64,000 nucleotides of DNA from NCBI RefSeq assembly GCF_009914755.1, contig NC_060942.1, one strand, 5' to 3'. Positions 26,598 to 39,561 of this stretch are shown here, one piece after another (positions within the stretch are counted from its first letter, which is position 1; each line of letters begins with the position of its first letter). Source of the stretch: the human T2T-CHM13v2.0 reference genome, Homo sapiens. The notes beneath the pieces are model-generated. The model made no database searches. It was not told where the DNA came from and was given only the letters and a program-made list of their open reading frames with translations. The position numbers and the translations under genes are program-made.

Positions 26598-28084
26598 CTG
26601 CCTCATGAACATAAGCTCAGATGTGTTTGAAAGGACTTGTACACAGCAAAATACATTTTTATCTTTATTGTTCAGCAGCTACTTCAGAAACCAATGACAA
26701 AAGGCCAAATACTTTAACAAAATATATTCTTATTCCTCTAGTCACTTAGAAAATATGGATTACAGAAGCTGACAGTCAGGAATTGTGGATAAGAACCAAA
26801 ATATATCCACAATGATATCACATCCTAGAGGTTGCAATATGCACTTACATCTAGTTCAAGTTCACCTTCAAATAACACTATACTGCTTCACAGGTAGTGT
26901 GAGTACCTTATAATAACAAAATTTCCTAATTCTTTCCTTCTGCCCCTTGACTCATTGCTGTTATTCATGTCATTTACACATCAAATATTGTAATCATTGA
27001 ATACATTGTCACCACTATTATTCTGACCAAACTCTTATGTTAGATCAATTAAGCATAAAAAAAAAGTTTTTATTTTATCCTTACTTATTCCTTCTCCATT
27101 GCATTTCATATCTTTATGCAGATTCAAATTTCTGACCTATATCATTTTCCTTTTTCTGAAAAACTTCTTTTAACATTTCTTGCAAGGCAGGTCTATTAGT
27201 AATAAATTCCCCAATTTTTGCTTTTCTGAGAAAGTCTTTAGATCTCCTTCACTTTTGAAAGATAATTTTACAGATAACATAATTCTAGGTTGGTAGAACA
27301 TTTTTCTCTCTCAACATTTTAAATATTTCATTTCACTATTTTCTTGCTTGCATCATTCTTATATTTGCATCTGTATACATAGGTGGATTTTTTTCCCATC
27401 TGGCATCTTTCAAGATTTCTTCTTTATCTCTGATTTTCTGCTATTTGAAAATGATAGGCCTAGGTGTCATTTTTGGGGCATTTACCCTGGTTGCATTCTA
27501 TAAGCTTCCTGAATATGGCCTCAATTTGGGATTATTCTCAGTTGTTATTGCTTCAAATACTGCTCTGTTCTTTCCTCCCTTCTTCTGGTACTCCCATTAC
27601 ATGTATGTTACACTTTTTTTGGTTGTTCCACAGCTTTTAGAAATTCTGTTCCTTTTTTGTTTTAGTTTTTTTTTCCTGTTACTTTTAGTTTTGAAAGTTT
27701 TGATTGGCACATCTACAATATCAGAGATTCTTTCCTCAGCTGTGTACAGTCTGCTAGTAAGCCCATCAAAAAACATTTTTCATTTCTGCTACATTTTAAA
27801 TTTTAACGCATAACTTTGCAAATATCAATATAAGCACTCTTTGATTTCAGGGAAAGACACTATGAAATAGCAAAACCCAAAAAAACTCCCCCTTGGTATC
27901 CTGTAACATTTAATGAAGCTAGTTATATGCAGGTAAACTCTTCTAATTCAGGTAAGAAAGCATTCAATACTAAGTATCCCAGTGAAAAGAAACACAGACT
28001 TGCTTCACTAGTGCCAGACTCAAAGTGAAGATCTGATCAATGCAGGGAGACTGTTAAAGGTGTAGCATTCTGCAAATGACACAC

Positions 28085-28378
28085 AACCATATGTCACATA
28101 ATGATGTTTTGGTCAATGAGAAAACACATATATGATGGTGGTTCCATAAGATTATAATACCACATTTAAATACTTACACTTGTGTTCTAATTGCCTGCAG
28201 TAACTGGTAGAGTAACATGCAGTGCAGGTTTGTAGCCTGGAGTAATATCGCCTAAGTGTGTGGAAGGCTGTACCATCTAGGTGTGTATAAGTGCACTCTG
28301 TGATGTTCACATGACCATGAAATCACCTAACTATGCATTTCTCAGAAGGTGTCCCCATTGTGAAGCAATGCGTGGCTA
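28085..28378. mobile_element. Tigger3/MER7 DNA transposon
   Basis: cataatgatgttttggtcaatga...gatggtggttccataagattataatac...atttctcagaa. Confidence 0.8.
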
Positions 28379-28429
28379 TATTTTGTTTTAAGCTCTATTG
28401 TAACGTACACTGCAGTCAGATTCAGTCTA

Positions 28430-29620
28430 AGAGAGTTGGTGCTAGGAGGTGACCTAGAGAACAGATTCTATGATGGGATTTAAGGGCAGGTCACTCACTG
28501 GCAGGCTGACTTTGAGGACACCATCTCTGGTGGTTGGCAGAGTCTGCATAGCCTCTGGCATGCTCTAGTGGGATGACTGTTCATTTTTTCACCGGTGTTG
28601 AAATGAGATGGTGTACCAGTGAAAGGGGATACACTGGCTGATGCAATGTCTTGCCCTTGAGAGGACTGAAGGAAAGGCTGAGTGTAAGGACTATGGGATT
28701 TCACTAATGTGGGGAGTACCATCGATTCTTTGAAGAGAAATAAAAATAGAGATGGGAAATTAGTAAATACTTTACAAAAACAGACAGGCCCCTTGGTAGT
28801 ATTAAATAAAACCCTGCAGCTGAAGGATAGAGTAAATAACCAAGTTCAGGGCTTCATCATAAAAATAGCAGAGCTTCAGAGAAGGTTGAATTATCAGCCT
28901 GGCAAGTCCCCTACACCAAGGTCAGAGCTCCAGTAATGAAGGAAAAAACAGTGAAAGTTAGGATGGGAATAACATATGGATACAATTCAGAATTTCAAAT
29001 TCCCAGATTCTCGTGGACCCACTGGCCCTGCAGAAGTGGCCCACTTCCCCTGGTCAGAAGGTGACTGTCCCAGTAGTTTGATGATCATGCAGAGGCCTCA
29101 GTTGAGGCAGATTCTTTATGAGACATTCTTGCATCCTCTCAGGATAAGCCCCTACCTTCTCTCTTGACAACCAGACCATTAACCAGGATCAAATTCCAGA
29201 AGACCAACTGGGCATGTGAAGGCCTGTGAAGGAAAGAAAGGGATAAAATGCCAAAGAGGCCACATAATCCAACTAACACGAACCTTCAGGATTTGGGAGA
29301 GCATCAATAGGACTTGCTGGTGAGAGTGTTTCCTCAAGGGGAGTGGATCTTACAGGTGGGTAAGTGATGGTAATGCACACATCTTCTGAGGGTTGCTGGA
29401 CATGGTATCTGAGTTGCATCGACAGACAAAGACCCAAAGCACATCATGGCCCCTCTTGCAGAGTAGACATATATAAGGGTCACATCATAATTGGAAGTAT
29501 CAGGTCCAGCTCACAGTAGGTTCACTGGGTCCACAGACACACCCACACCAACTACCCAGCCCTAAATATATAATTGTAGGACTCATCTTGACAGGATCAA
29601 TACATTTTGTTTCCTATCTG
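28430..29620 (+). mobile_element. ERVL-class internal (gag) remnant
   Basis: PBS-like tggtgcta; ORF 28709-28936 NNQVQGFIIKIAELQRRLNYQP resembles ERV-L gag. Confidence 0.7.
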
Positions 29621-29732
29621 TGGTGCTTCAGTCGGCACCATTGAGAATGTTTAGAGCATGAAAATGCTTTTAATGATTCCATGCTAAAAAATAGAACTTT
29701 ACTTATTTCCACGTGTAATGGAGACTGCTTAC

Positions 29733-32700
29733 TGAAATTTTCTTGCAATTTTCATGCTACAACTGGGAGGTAAATATTATATCTAAGCCACCTCTCCCTC
29801 AAAAAAGAACAAACAGTAATAAGTTTTATAAGAAATCACGGCAGGTTGGAACATAGGAGAAATTTCCTTGGTATTGCTCCATTTAGTAGCTAGTGAATAA
29901 AATTTATTGAAAGGAGTTTTGGAACACTTTGAAATGAATTCCACAAAATAAAAGTAGAAAAATATTTATTTTAAAATGTGACTCTTAATTGCTGAAGAAT
30001 ACATTTTTATCTCTTTGCAATAAATTAATCATTTGGTTCATTCAGATCCAGAAGCTAATATACAGAAGCAAAGAGGTAAATCTTAATGTACCTGTACATA
30101 TTTAAAGCTCTTTGAAATATTCCAAACTGTAAAGCATATTGATTTCAGCACTGAAACAGGTCCTAGTTACCTGAGATTGTGTCCAACATCACAAATTGTT
30201 TAAACAATTTAAAATAAAACATGTTTATGTAATAAACAAAAAGCTTAAAACATTTAATTAAATTTAAAAAAAAATGTTTAATTGAAATATAAACATATTA
30301 ATTGACCAAAACTACTTCTGTTCAATCTGAATAGACTGTATGGCAGGCACATATTATTTCTAAATATTTAATTTTGCTTATATTAAATGCTCAGAAATTT
30401 GGGTAAGGTCAGGATTAAAATGTATTCTCCTAGTTACAAGACAGAAGATTGAAGCAATTTACCATTGTCTCTGAGAAGTTTTATCAGTTTGAGAAATCAT
30501 TTTATTTCTAATAAACTTGTTTCTCTACTTTTAGAGGGCTGCTCCTTTTACCATCTCAAGAAAATTCCTTTTGTTTAAGAGTCATTCCATGCAAATGTAT
30601 AAATTTTCCTTAGATGATCTCTAAACAACACCAAGAAAAATTTATTCATTTAATAAGTATTAAAAAATAATTCCCTAAATTAAAAAAAACTGAGTATTAT
30701 AAAATTAAAACCACCTAGTCAGCCACAATGAATCTAAAATTTTTTTTCTTACAGATTTTTTTCTAATGTTAATAAAGAACTATAACTTTAAAATGTCTTT
30801 AATCTTAAGAGGAGTTTCATTTTCCTTTACTAAAATGCTGTCATTCATATTCAGTAAAATATTGACTATTTTCCTTTTTAAGAGTTTATCACATAAAATA
30901 GATAAAATTATAGTATGCTCTCAGGAGGGTGGGGGATTATGTAAGCTCTTTAGCTCTTTCTCTGAACTTAAATTATTGCACACAAATTTCCTTAAAATTT
31001 TTTTCTCCTCTTCTACTTCTACTTTTACCTTCAGCCAAAGGCCAAATTCATTCTCCCACCTGGAACAACTAAAAAACTGGATAAATAAATGAAAAATGTT
31101 TTTTATGTATTAGATACAAGGCACTGAGTGATGTAAAATGAACGAGGTGAGCCCTACACTTGCCCCAGCTGACTTCCTAGAGACAATTTCCAGGCAGCAA
31201 CACCTCAAAAGGAGCCAAGTGAGGAAACCACTGACAGCTGGGGAAAACAGCACCCCAAAGAGCAGAAGGAACAATCCCTGATACTCACACAGGCCTAGGA
31301 ATGGCTCATGCTCCCACCAGCCAGGGTGTAAAACTTCACAATTCATGGAGCATCAGGTGGAACACTCAGAAGGATACTTGACTCACAAAGCTCAAAAGGG
31401 AGCCTTGAAAATATCTAATTGTTTCTAAAACAAAGCTCAAGGATATTTATAGAAATATAAGACTATCCAATGTCCAACAAGATGAATTTCACAATTTCTG
31501 GGATCTCAGTCAAATATTTCCAGGCATGCAAAGAAGCAGAAAATGTAATCCATAATGAATAGAGCAATCAATTAATAGAAACAGACCAAGAAATGATAGA
31601 ATTAAGAGACTAGCACATTAAAAAGTTATTATATTAGACAGGCAGTAGAATGGTGGTTGTCAGGGACTGGAGGGTTGGGGAATGGGAGTTATTGTTTAAT
31701 GGGTATAGAGTTTCAGTTTTATAAGATGAAAAGATTTATGGAGTTGGATGATGGTGATGGTTGCACAACATTATATATGTATTTAACACCATTGAACTGT
31801 ACACTTAAAAATGGTTAAGACAGTAAATTTTATGTGATGGGTATTTCAACACAGTAAAAGTCTGGAAAACAATTTTATATCTATATTCCATATGTTAAAG
31901 AAGGTAGAAGAAATATTGAGGATGTTAAGTAGGAACATAGAAGATATACAATATTCCCAATTGAAATTCTGGTAAAAACACAATGTCTGGGATGAAAAAT
32001 ATACTGAATAGGATAAACAGCAGAATAGACAATGCAGAAGAAAAGATTAGTAAATGTAAATACATTTAAAACAATAAATAGCAAGAAAACCTGCCAAAAT
32101 GTTGAAACACAGAAGGAAAAAACACTGAAGAATAAATCTATAAAGCATCATAGAGCTATGGAATAACTTCAGAGGTCCTACTATACATGTAATTTGAATT
32201 CTTGTGGAGGAGCTCAGAGAAAAAATATTTGAAAAAATAATGGTTTAAAATTTTCCAGATTGTCTCAAACCTATACGCCCACAGATCCAAGAAGCTCAAT
32301 GGAAACCCAAATATGAGACCTACACATGTTATAATCAAATTTCTAAAACCAATGATTAAAAAATTCAGGTTAAAATTATTTTTATATTACAACCACATTG
32401 CATTAGAGTTTTCCTTACCTATACATTTTGTATACATGAAATAAAGTCTGTAAATAACCCTTCAAATGGCAAGCATTACTTTTCAAATTTGAGATACAGA
32501 GAGACTACAATATAAACATGATTTAGATTACAGTCAATGTTCACCAATTCATTAATTTTGCCATTTTCCTGAAAAAAACCTATTATGGAAACCCGGTAAG
32601 TTTAAAAAACTCTCTTCTTCTTTAAGGTTAAAGAGCCCTTAGCACCAGCACTATATACATCTGCACCTGAATCCCATCAATTGTTTAGTGGTGATTTTTT

Positions 32701-32935
32701 GTGGGTTGGAGTTTTGGGTTTGCTTACTGGTTTTTTATTTAAAGAAAAAGAAATAAAAACAGAAGACTGACATAGATTCTTACCTAACAAGAGTGGAGTA
32801 AAACAAAAATCAAAGGTAATTAGTGAATTTAGAGAAGAAAATTCAAGTAGTAAAAAGATATTCATAAAATGACTTACGGGAGGCCTGCATAGATACTAGA
32901 GAGTGATTTCATATGATGCCAATTTACTCATATGT
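29733..32935 (-). other. candidate decayed multi-exon gene or lncRNA (exons 32935-32878, 32783-32728, 32568-32419, 30620-30463, 29797-29733)
   Basis: AG/GTAAG-type boundaries around 56-158 nt segments with introns of 94, 159, 1798 and 665 nt; both frames examined contain stops; no parent recognised. Confidence 0.35.
31030..32360 (+). mobile_element. old L1M 5' UTR/ORF1 fragment with an inserted L1MB 3' end (~31636-31860)
   Basis: cccacagatccaagaagctcaa ORF1 motif; gtagaatggtggttgtcagggactgg...gtacacttaaaaatggttaag. Confidence 0.8.
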
Positions 32936-33686
32936 CTGGGCAAATATTTTAAATATTATGTGGTTAAACAGAAAAAGGAACAGATGTATCTAATATGAAA
33001 ACAACATTAATAACACCTATTGTTTTCATGTATCCCATATGGCAAGTCCTTTTTGTACATTATATTTTATCCTAATACAACCATATCATATGTGAGTTAT
33101 TAGTTATTAGTCCTATTATTACAAAAGTGAAGACCGAGATTTTGAGAAATTACCACTTACGCCAAAATGTAAAGCCATGCAGCATACGAAATAACACCAG
33201 ATATGAGGCACGCAGCAGAGAAAGCCATAACCACCTTTCCAATGAGAGCTAAAACTCATCCAGTCTCATTCTTGAATGTCTCAACTCCTCAGAGAGTCTC
33301 TCTGACAACCCTATATTTGTTGCTTCCTCCCCATCACCCACAGGAATTTTCTATTATTGTTCCCCATAATTTGAAATTATTTCTGTATATGTTTACTTGT
33401 TCATTATCTCAGTCGGTTTAAGTTCTGTGAAGAAAGAGTTACAATGCTTTCCTCTTTATCACTCACTGCTGTATATCCAGTACAAATAACAACAACAATA
33501 ACTTTATGGTGTTACATTTAGGATTCAGTAAGTACTTCTGTATTTACATCATCCAGAAGGAGGATGGAGTATGGAGTAGAAGACTCCATTTGTGTCACTT
33601 TGATGAAAACAACAATAAAATAAGAAAGTCAAAATATATTTACTGTGATAAGAACAGCAAGACATTTTTAATTACAACCAATTTGA

Positions 33687-34024
<338 letters not shown>

Positions 34025-34330
34025 TTAAAAATAGCCTACTTTAGTGGTGTCGACGAAAAGAGTCAAACTCTGTAAAATATTTGAAGAGATTTATTCTGAG
34101 CCAAATATGAGTGACCATGGCCCATGACACAGCCCTCAGGAGGTCCCGAGAACATGTGCCCAAGGTGGTCAGGGTACAGCTTGGTTTTATATACTTTTAG
34201 GGAGGCATAAGACATCAATCAAATCCACTGAAGAAATAGATTGGTTTGGTTTAGAAAGGCAGGACAACTCAAAGTGGGGGCTTCCAGGCTATAGGTAAAT
34301 TTAAATTTTCTGGTTAACAACTGGTTAGTT

Positions 34331-35370
34331 TATTGGGGGAACCCACCCCCAATATTTCAACATAGGTTCTTTCTATTTTCCATAAGTGTCGGCCAGCTGA
34401 GAAATAAAGACAGACAGTATAAAGAGAGGAATTTTACAGCTGGGGTGCCGGGGGTGACGTCACATATTGGTAGCACCATGATGCCCACCTGAGTCTCAGA
34501 CCAGCAAGTTTTTATTAAGGGTTTCAAAAGGGGCGGGGGTGTAAGAACAGAGAGTAGGTACAAAGATCACATGCTTCAAAGAGCAAAAAGCAGAACTACT
34601 AATAACGGTCTAACAAAGATCACATGCTTCTGAGGGAACAGGACAAAGGGAAAAAGCAGAATCACTGATAAAGGTCTATGTTCAATGGTGCATGTATTGT
34701 CTTGATAAACATCTTAAACAACAGAAAACAGGGTTCAAGAGCAGAGAACCAGTCTGACCAAAAATTTACCAGGGCAGAGTTTTTCCCCACCCTAGTAAAC
34801 CTGAGGGTTCTGCAGGAGACCAGGGCATATCTCAGTCCTTATCTCAACTGCACAAGACAGACCTTCCCAGAGCGGTCATTTATAGACACCCCCCCAGGAA
34901 CACATTCCTTTCCCAGGGTATTAATATTAATAGTCCTTGCTAGAAAGGAATTTAGCAATATCTCTCCTACTTGCACGTCCATTTATAGGCTCTCTGCAAG
35001 AAGAAAAGTTTGGCTCCTTTGCCTGACCCCACAGGCTGTCAGACCTTATGGTTGTCTTCCCTTGTTCCCTAAAAATTGCTGTTATTCTGTTCTTTTTCAA
35101 GGTGCACTGATTTCATATGATTCAAACACATGTTTTACAATCAATTTGTACAGTTAACACAATTATCACAGTGGTCCTGAGGTGACGTACATCCTCAGCT
35201 TACAAAGATAACAGGATTAAGAGATTAAAGTAAAAACAGGTGTAAGAAATTATAAAAGTATTATTTGGGAACTGATAGATGTCCATATTAAAATGAAATC
35301 TTCACAATTTATGTTTCTCTGCCGCAGCTCCAGCGGTCCCTCCATTCGGTGTCCCTGACTTCCTGCAACA
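34331..35370 (-). mobile_element. MER11 (HERV-K11) solo LTR
   Basis: reverse complement starts tgttgcaggaagtcagggac; ~1.04 kb; approximate TSD (g)agtt. Confidence 0.9.
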
Positions 35371-35700
35371 GAGTTTATATGAAGGCCTGGGATCAATGGA
35401 AAGGAATGTTCAGGTTAAGATAAGGACTGTGGAGACAAAGTTTTACTGTGCCGAGGAATCTCTCAGATAGCAGACTTCAGAGAGAGAGCAGGCTGTAAAA
35501 TGTTTCTTATCAGACCTAAAAGGGTGCCTGGCTCTTAGTTGATTATCTCCTAGATCTGGAAAGGAAGGAAGGAAAACAAAGGGAAAGGGGATTCTCTATA
35601 GGATGTGGATTTTCTCCCACAAGAGACTTTGCAGGGCAATTTCAAGGTATGGCAAGGAAATATATTTTGGGGTTAAATATTTTTTCCTTTGTCTTGTAAT

Positions 35701-36136
35701 TGGCAAAGCAGGCGCATCACCATCTAGGATAAGCACTGCCATTCTAAAGTTGACCTTGATCAAAAACTGCCTAAATCCAAAGGGCATCAGCCTAATGGCT
35801 AAGGTCACCATAACCATAAACCACAAATAACATCTCCAACCAGAAATATTCCAAACCCCTCCCTGACCAGAGACATGCCAGCCCCAAGATAACCTCCCCT
35901 CTGGCTGGAGAGATGTCAGCCCCAAGATAACCTCCCCTCTGACTGGAGACACTCCAACCCTGCCATAAACTTCTTCCCCACAAAGAAACATTCCAAGCTC
36001 TACTCTTAGTCTGTAAGAGAGAGTGCTCCTGATCAAAATCATCCAAAAGCCCCTCTCAGGTTTATTCTCCAAAATAAACCTGTCATTGACTGTTAAGCCA
36101 CCTTTTGTGTTTCTTTCCTCTTTCTTTAACTCTTAC
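35701..36136 (+). mobile_element. ERV1 solo LTR (family uncertain) nested in MER4
   Basis: TSD TAAT at 35697-35700 and 36137-36140; internal tandem cagccccaagataacctcccctctg; AATAAA. Confidence 0.75.
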
Positions 36137-36184
36137 TAATGTTATGCCAGAGTCAGATTAAAAAGTAAGACACAATATATAGGG

Positions 36185-37631
36185 TCTCTCTCTCTCTTTC
36201 TCTCCCTCTCCCTCTCCCTCTACCCTCTGCACGGTCTCCCTCTGATGCCCAGCCAAGGCTGGAGTGTACTGCCGCCATCTCGGCTCACTGCAACCTCCCT
36301 GCCTGATTCTCCTGCCTCAGCCTGCCGAGTGCCTGGGATTGCAGGCGCGCGCCACCACGCCTGACTGGTTTTCGTATTTTTTGGTGGAGACAGGGTTTTG
36401 CCGTGTTGGCCGGGCTGGTCTCCAGCTCCTGACCGCGAGTGATCTGCCAGCCTCGGCCTCCCGAGGTGCCGAGATTGCAGACGGAGTCTCGCTCACTCAG
36501 TGCTCAATGTTGCCCAGGCTGGAGTGCAGTGGCATGATCATGGCCCGCTACAACCTCCACCTCCCAGCCGCCTGCCTTGGCCTCCCAAAGTGCTGAGATT
36601 GCAGACTCTGCCCCGCCGCCACCCTGTCTAGGAAGTGAGGAGCGTCTCTGCCTGGCCGCCCATCATCTGGAATGTGAGGAGCCCCTCTGCCCGGCCACCC
36701 AGTCTGGGAAGTGAGGAGCACCTCTTCCCGGCTGTCATCCCGTCTAGGAAGTGAGGAGTGTCTCTGCCCGGCCACCCATCATCTGGGATGTGGGGAGTGC
36801 CTCTGCCCCATCTGAGATGTGAAGAGCACCTCTGCCTGGCCACAACCCCGTCTGGGAGGTGAGGAGCCTCTCTGACTGGCCGCCCCCTCTGAGAAGTGAG
36901 GAGCCCCTTCGCCCGGCTGCTGCCCCATCTGGGAAGTGAAGAGCCCCTCTGCCCAGCAGCCGCCCCGTCTGGGAAGTGAGGAGCATCTCCACCCAGCAGC
37001 TGCCCCATCCGGGAGGTGGGGGGCGCCTCTGCCTGGCCACCCCGTCTGGGAAGTGAGGAGCCCCTCTGCCCGGCCGCCACCCCGTCTGGGAGGTGTACCC
37101 AACAGCTCATTGAGAACAGGCCGTGATGACGATGGCGGTTTTGTCGAATAGAAAAGGGGGAAATGTGGGGAAAAGAAAGAGAGATCAGATTGTTACTGTG
37201 TCTGTGTAGAAAGAAGTAGACATAGGAGACTCCATTTTGTTCTGTACTAAGAAAAATTCTTCTGCCTTGGGATGCTGTTAATCTATAACCTTGCCCCCAA
37301 CCCCGTGCTCTCTGAAACATGTGCTGTGTCCACTAAGGGTTAAATGGATTAAGGGCGGTGCAAGATGTGCTTTATTAAACAGATGCTTGAAGGCAGCATA
37401 CTCGTTAAGAGTCATCACCACTCCCTAATCTCAAGTACCCAGGGACACAAACACTGTGGAAGGCAACAGGGCCCTCTGCCTAGGAAAACCAGAGACCTTT
37501 GTTCACATGTTTATCTGCTGACCTTCCCTCCACTATTGTCCTATGACCCTGCCAAATCCCCCTCTCAGAGAAACACCCAAGAATGATCAATAAATACTAA
37601 AAAAATTAAAAAAAAAAAAAAGAAAGAAAAG
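36185..37631 (+). mobile_element. SVA retrotransposon (older subfamily, A/B-like)
   Basis: (CCCTCT)n head, antisense Alu-like region, GC-rich VNTR (gggaagtgaggagc units), SINE-R, AATAAA and polyA. Confidence 0.97.
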
Positions 37632-39561
37632 AATGGAAGAAACCATGGAAGTATTTATGACAACTATCAATGACAAACACTGAATCACAGATCCAGGAAG
37701 GTCAGAAAACACCAAGAAGGATAAATATCAAGAAATCTATATGTAGCCATATTTTATTAAAACTGCAAAAAAAATCAGACAATGAGAAAATATTGAAATA
37801 AGCCCACGGGGAAATATTACATTACCTATAAAGGAAAAAGGATAAAAATCACATTGGACTTCTCTTCAAAAACCAATGAAGAGAATACATGAAGAAAAAT
37901 ATTGGAGTGAACTACAGTAGTTCCCCATTATCCACAGGGAAAATGTTCCAAGACCCTCAGTGGATGCCTGAAACCATGAATACTACCAAACCTTATGTAT
38001 ATTATATATTTTTTCTATACTTATGATAAAGTTATTATACCTATGATAAAGTTTAATTTCTAAATTAGGCACAATACTCTTGCAATAAGAGGCCAATATT
38101 AAGTGAAATAAGGGTTACTTCAACACATGCACCTTGATACCATGACAATCAATCTGATAACCAAGATGGTTACTAAGTGACTAATGAGTAGGTAGTGTAT
38201 ACATTGGATAGGTTGGACAAAAGGATGATTCACATCTCAAGTGAGATGGAGAAGGACCACATAAGATTTCATCACACTACTCAGAATAGTGTACAATTTA
38301 AAACTTATGAATTATTTTATTTCTGTAATTTTCCATTTAATATTTTCAGATCACCATTGACCACGAATAACTGAAATCACGGAAAGTGAAACCACAGATA
38401 AGAGAGGACTACTGTTTCTGAAATGTTGAAAGAAAAATACCACAAACCTTGAATTCTGTATCCAGCAAAGTTATCCTCCTATACTGAAGTACAAAGACTA
38501 TCAGATGACAACAACAACAACAACAGAAATCTAGAGGGAATTTGTTGCCAGTAGATCTTCTGTGATTAAAATGTTAAAGAAGTTTCTTAGAAAGAAATAA
38601 AATAATATAGGGCAGAAACTCAAATCTATATAAAAATGAAAGAGCATCAGAGAATCAGAGAATGAAGGTAAAATAAAATATTTTATTTTTCTTATTCTTC
38701 ATGTTTAATAGCTGTTCATTCAAAACAATAATAACAACAACATATTGGGTGATGATAGCATATGGACAAATGAAATGAATGACAGTAATGTCATAAGCAA
38801 TAAGAGGGAGGAATTGAGTATAATCTGTTATAAGGTGTCAGCACCACTCATGAAATGGTACAGTGTTATTTCAGAGTGGACTTAGACTAGTTTAAGACTA
38901 CACTGCAAATTCTACTGACTAGTACAAAAACTAAGGAGAGAGAGAGAAAGAGAGAGAGTGAATTGACATGTAGAAGGTGGAAAATAATGGAGTCATAAAA
39001 TGCTCAATTAAAATCACCCAAGGCAGAAAAAGAGAAAGGCTTAAAAAAAGAAAAAAAAAACAAAGACAATGAGTAGAAAACAGTTATAAACATTGTAGCT
39101 ATTAATACAACTTTATTAATAATCACTTTAAGCATAAATTATCTAAATATACCTATTAAAATTAGAGATTTTCATAAGGGACTGAAAAAACCTACCTACG
39201 TTTCTGCAAGAAATGCATTTATAATATATATAAATTAAAAGTAAAGGGATAAATACAGATACCCCAGCCTAACTCCAATAAAAAAAAAACTGAGGTAGCT
39301 ATATTAATTTCAAAGACTCAAGAAGAAAGACATTATGAGAGATAAAGAGCGACATTACAAAATGATAAGGACATGAATTCTCCAAGAAGACATAACAAAC
39401 CTTAATGTGTATGCACCTAACAACAAAATATTAAAATATCTGAGGCAAAAAAAAATGAAACTTCAAAAGAAAAGCCCATGCAAATCCACTATTGTAATTG
39501 GGGATTTTAACATTGCTCCATCAATAATGTACTGAGCCATCAGGCAGAAAATTAGTAGAGA
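37632..39561 (+). mobile_element. old L1M (ORF1 end to ORF2 endonuclease), outer member of L1 nest
   Basis: cacagatccaggaaggtcag; attgtaattggggattttaac (GDFN). Confidence 0.85.
37915..38414. mobile_element. MER44/Tigger7 DNA transposon
   Basis: terminal inverted repeats cagtagtt..ttatc / gataag..gactactg; TA on the left flank. Confidence 0.85.

Larger units (their letters stand above)
23040..27800 (-). mobile_element. old L1M (3' UTR through ORF2 into ORF1), interrupted
   Basis: antisense ORF2 fragments in the ORF track (LTLLDFKTYCKA..WYWQ, MWDVAKAVLRRKFIALNAYIKKEE). Confidence 0.9.
34048..36184 (-). mobile_element. MER4-family LTR hosting two nested LTRs, truncated by SVA
   Basis: collinear MER4-like pieces at 34048-34330, 35371-35700 and 36137-36184. 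Confidence 0.8.

Noticed and set aside
34678-36072. 159-aa and 158-aa ORFs
   Set aside because: They lie within MER11, MER4 and other LTR sequence; chance ORFs
36625-37095. Repeat array superficially resembling CRISPR
   Set aside because: It is the SVA VNTR: no unique spacers, eukaryotic context, no cas genes
36628-37320. 230-aa ORF, the longest in the window, plus overlapping ORFs
   Set aside because: Antisense reading of the GC-rich SVA VNTR/SINE-R; repetitive peptide, not a gene
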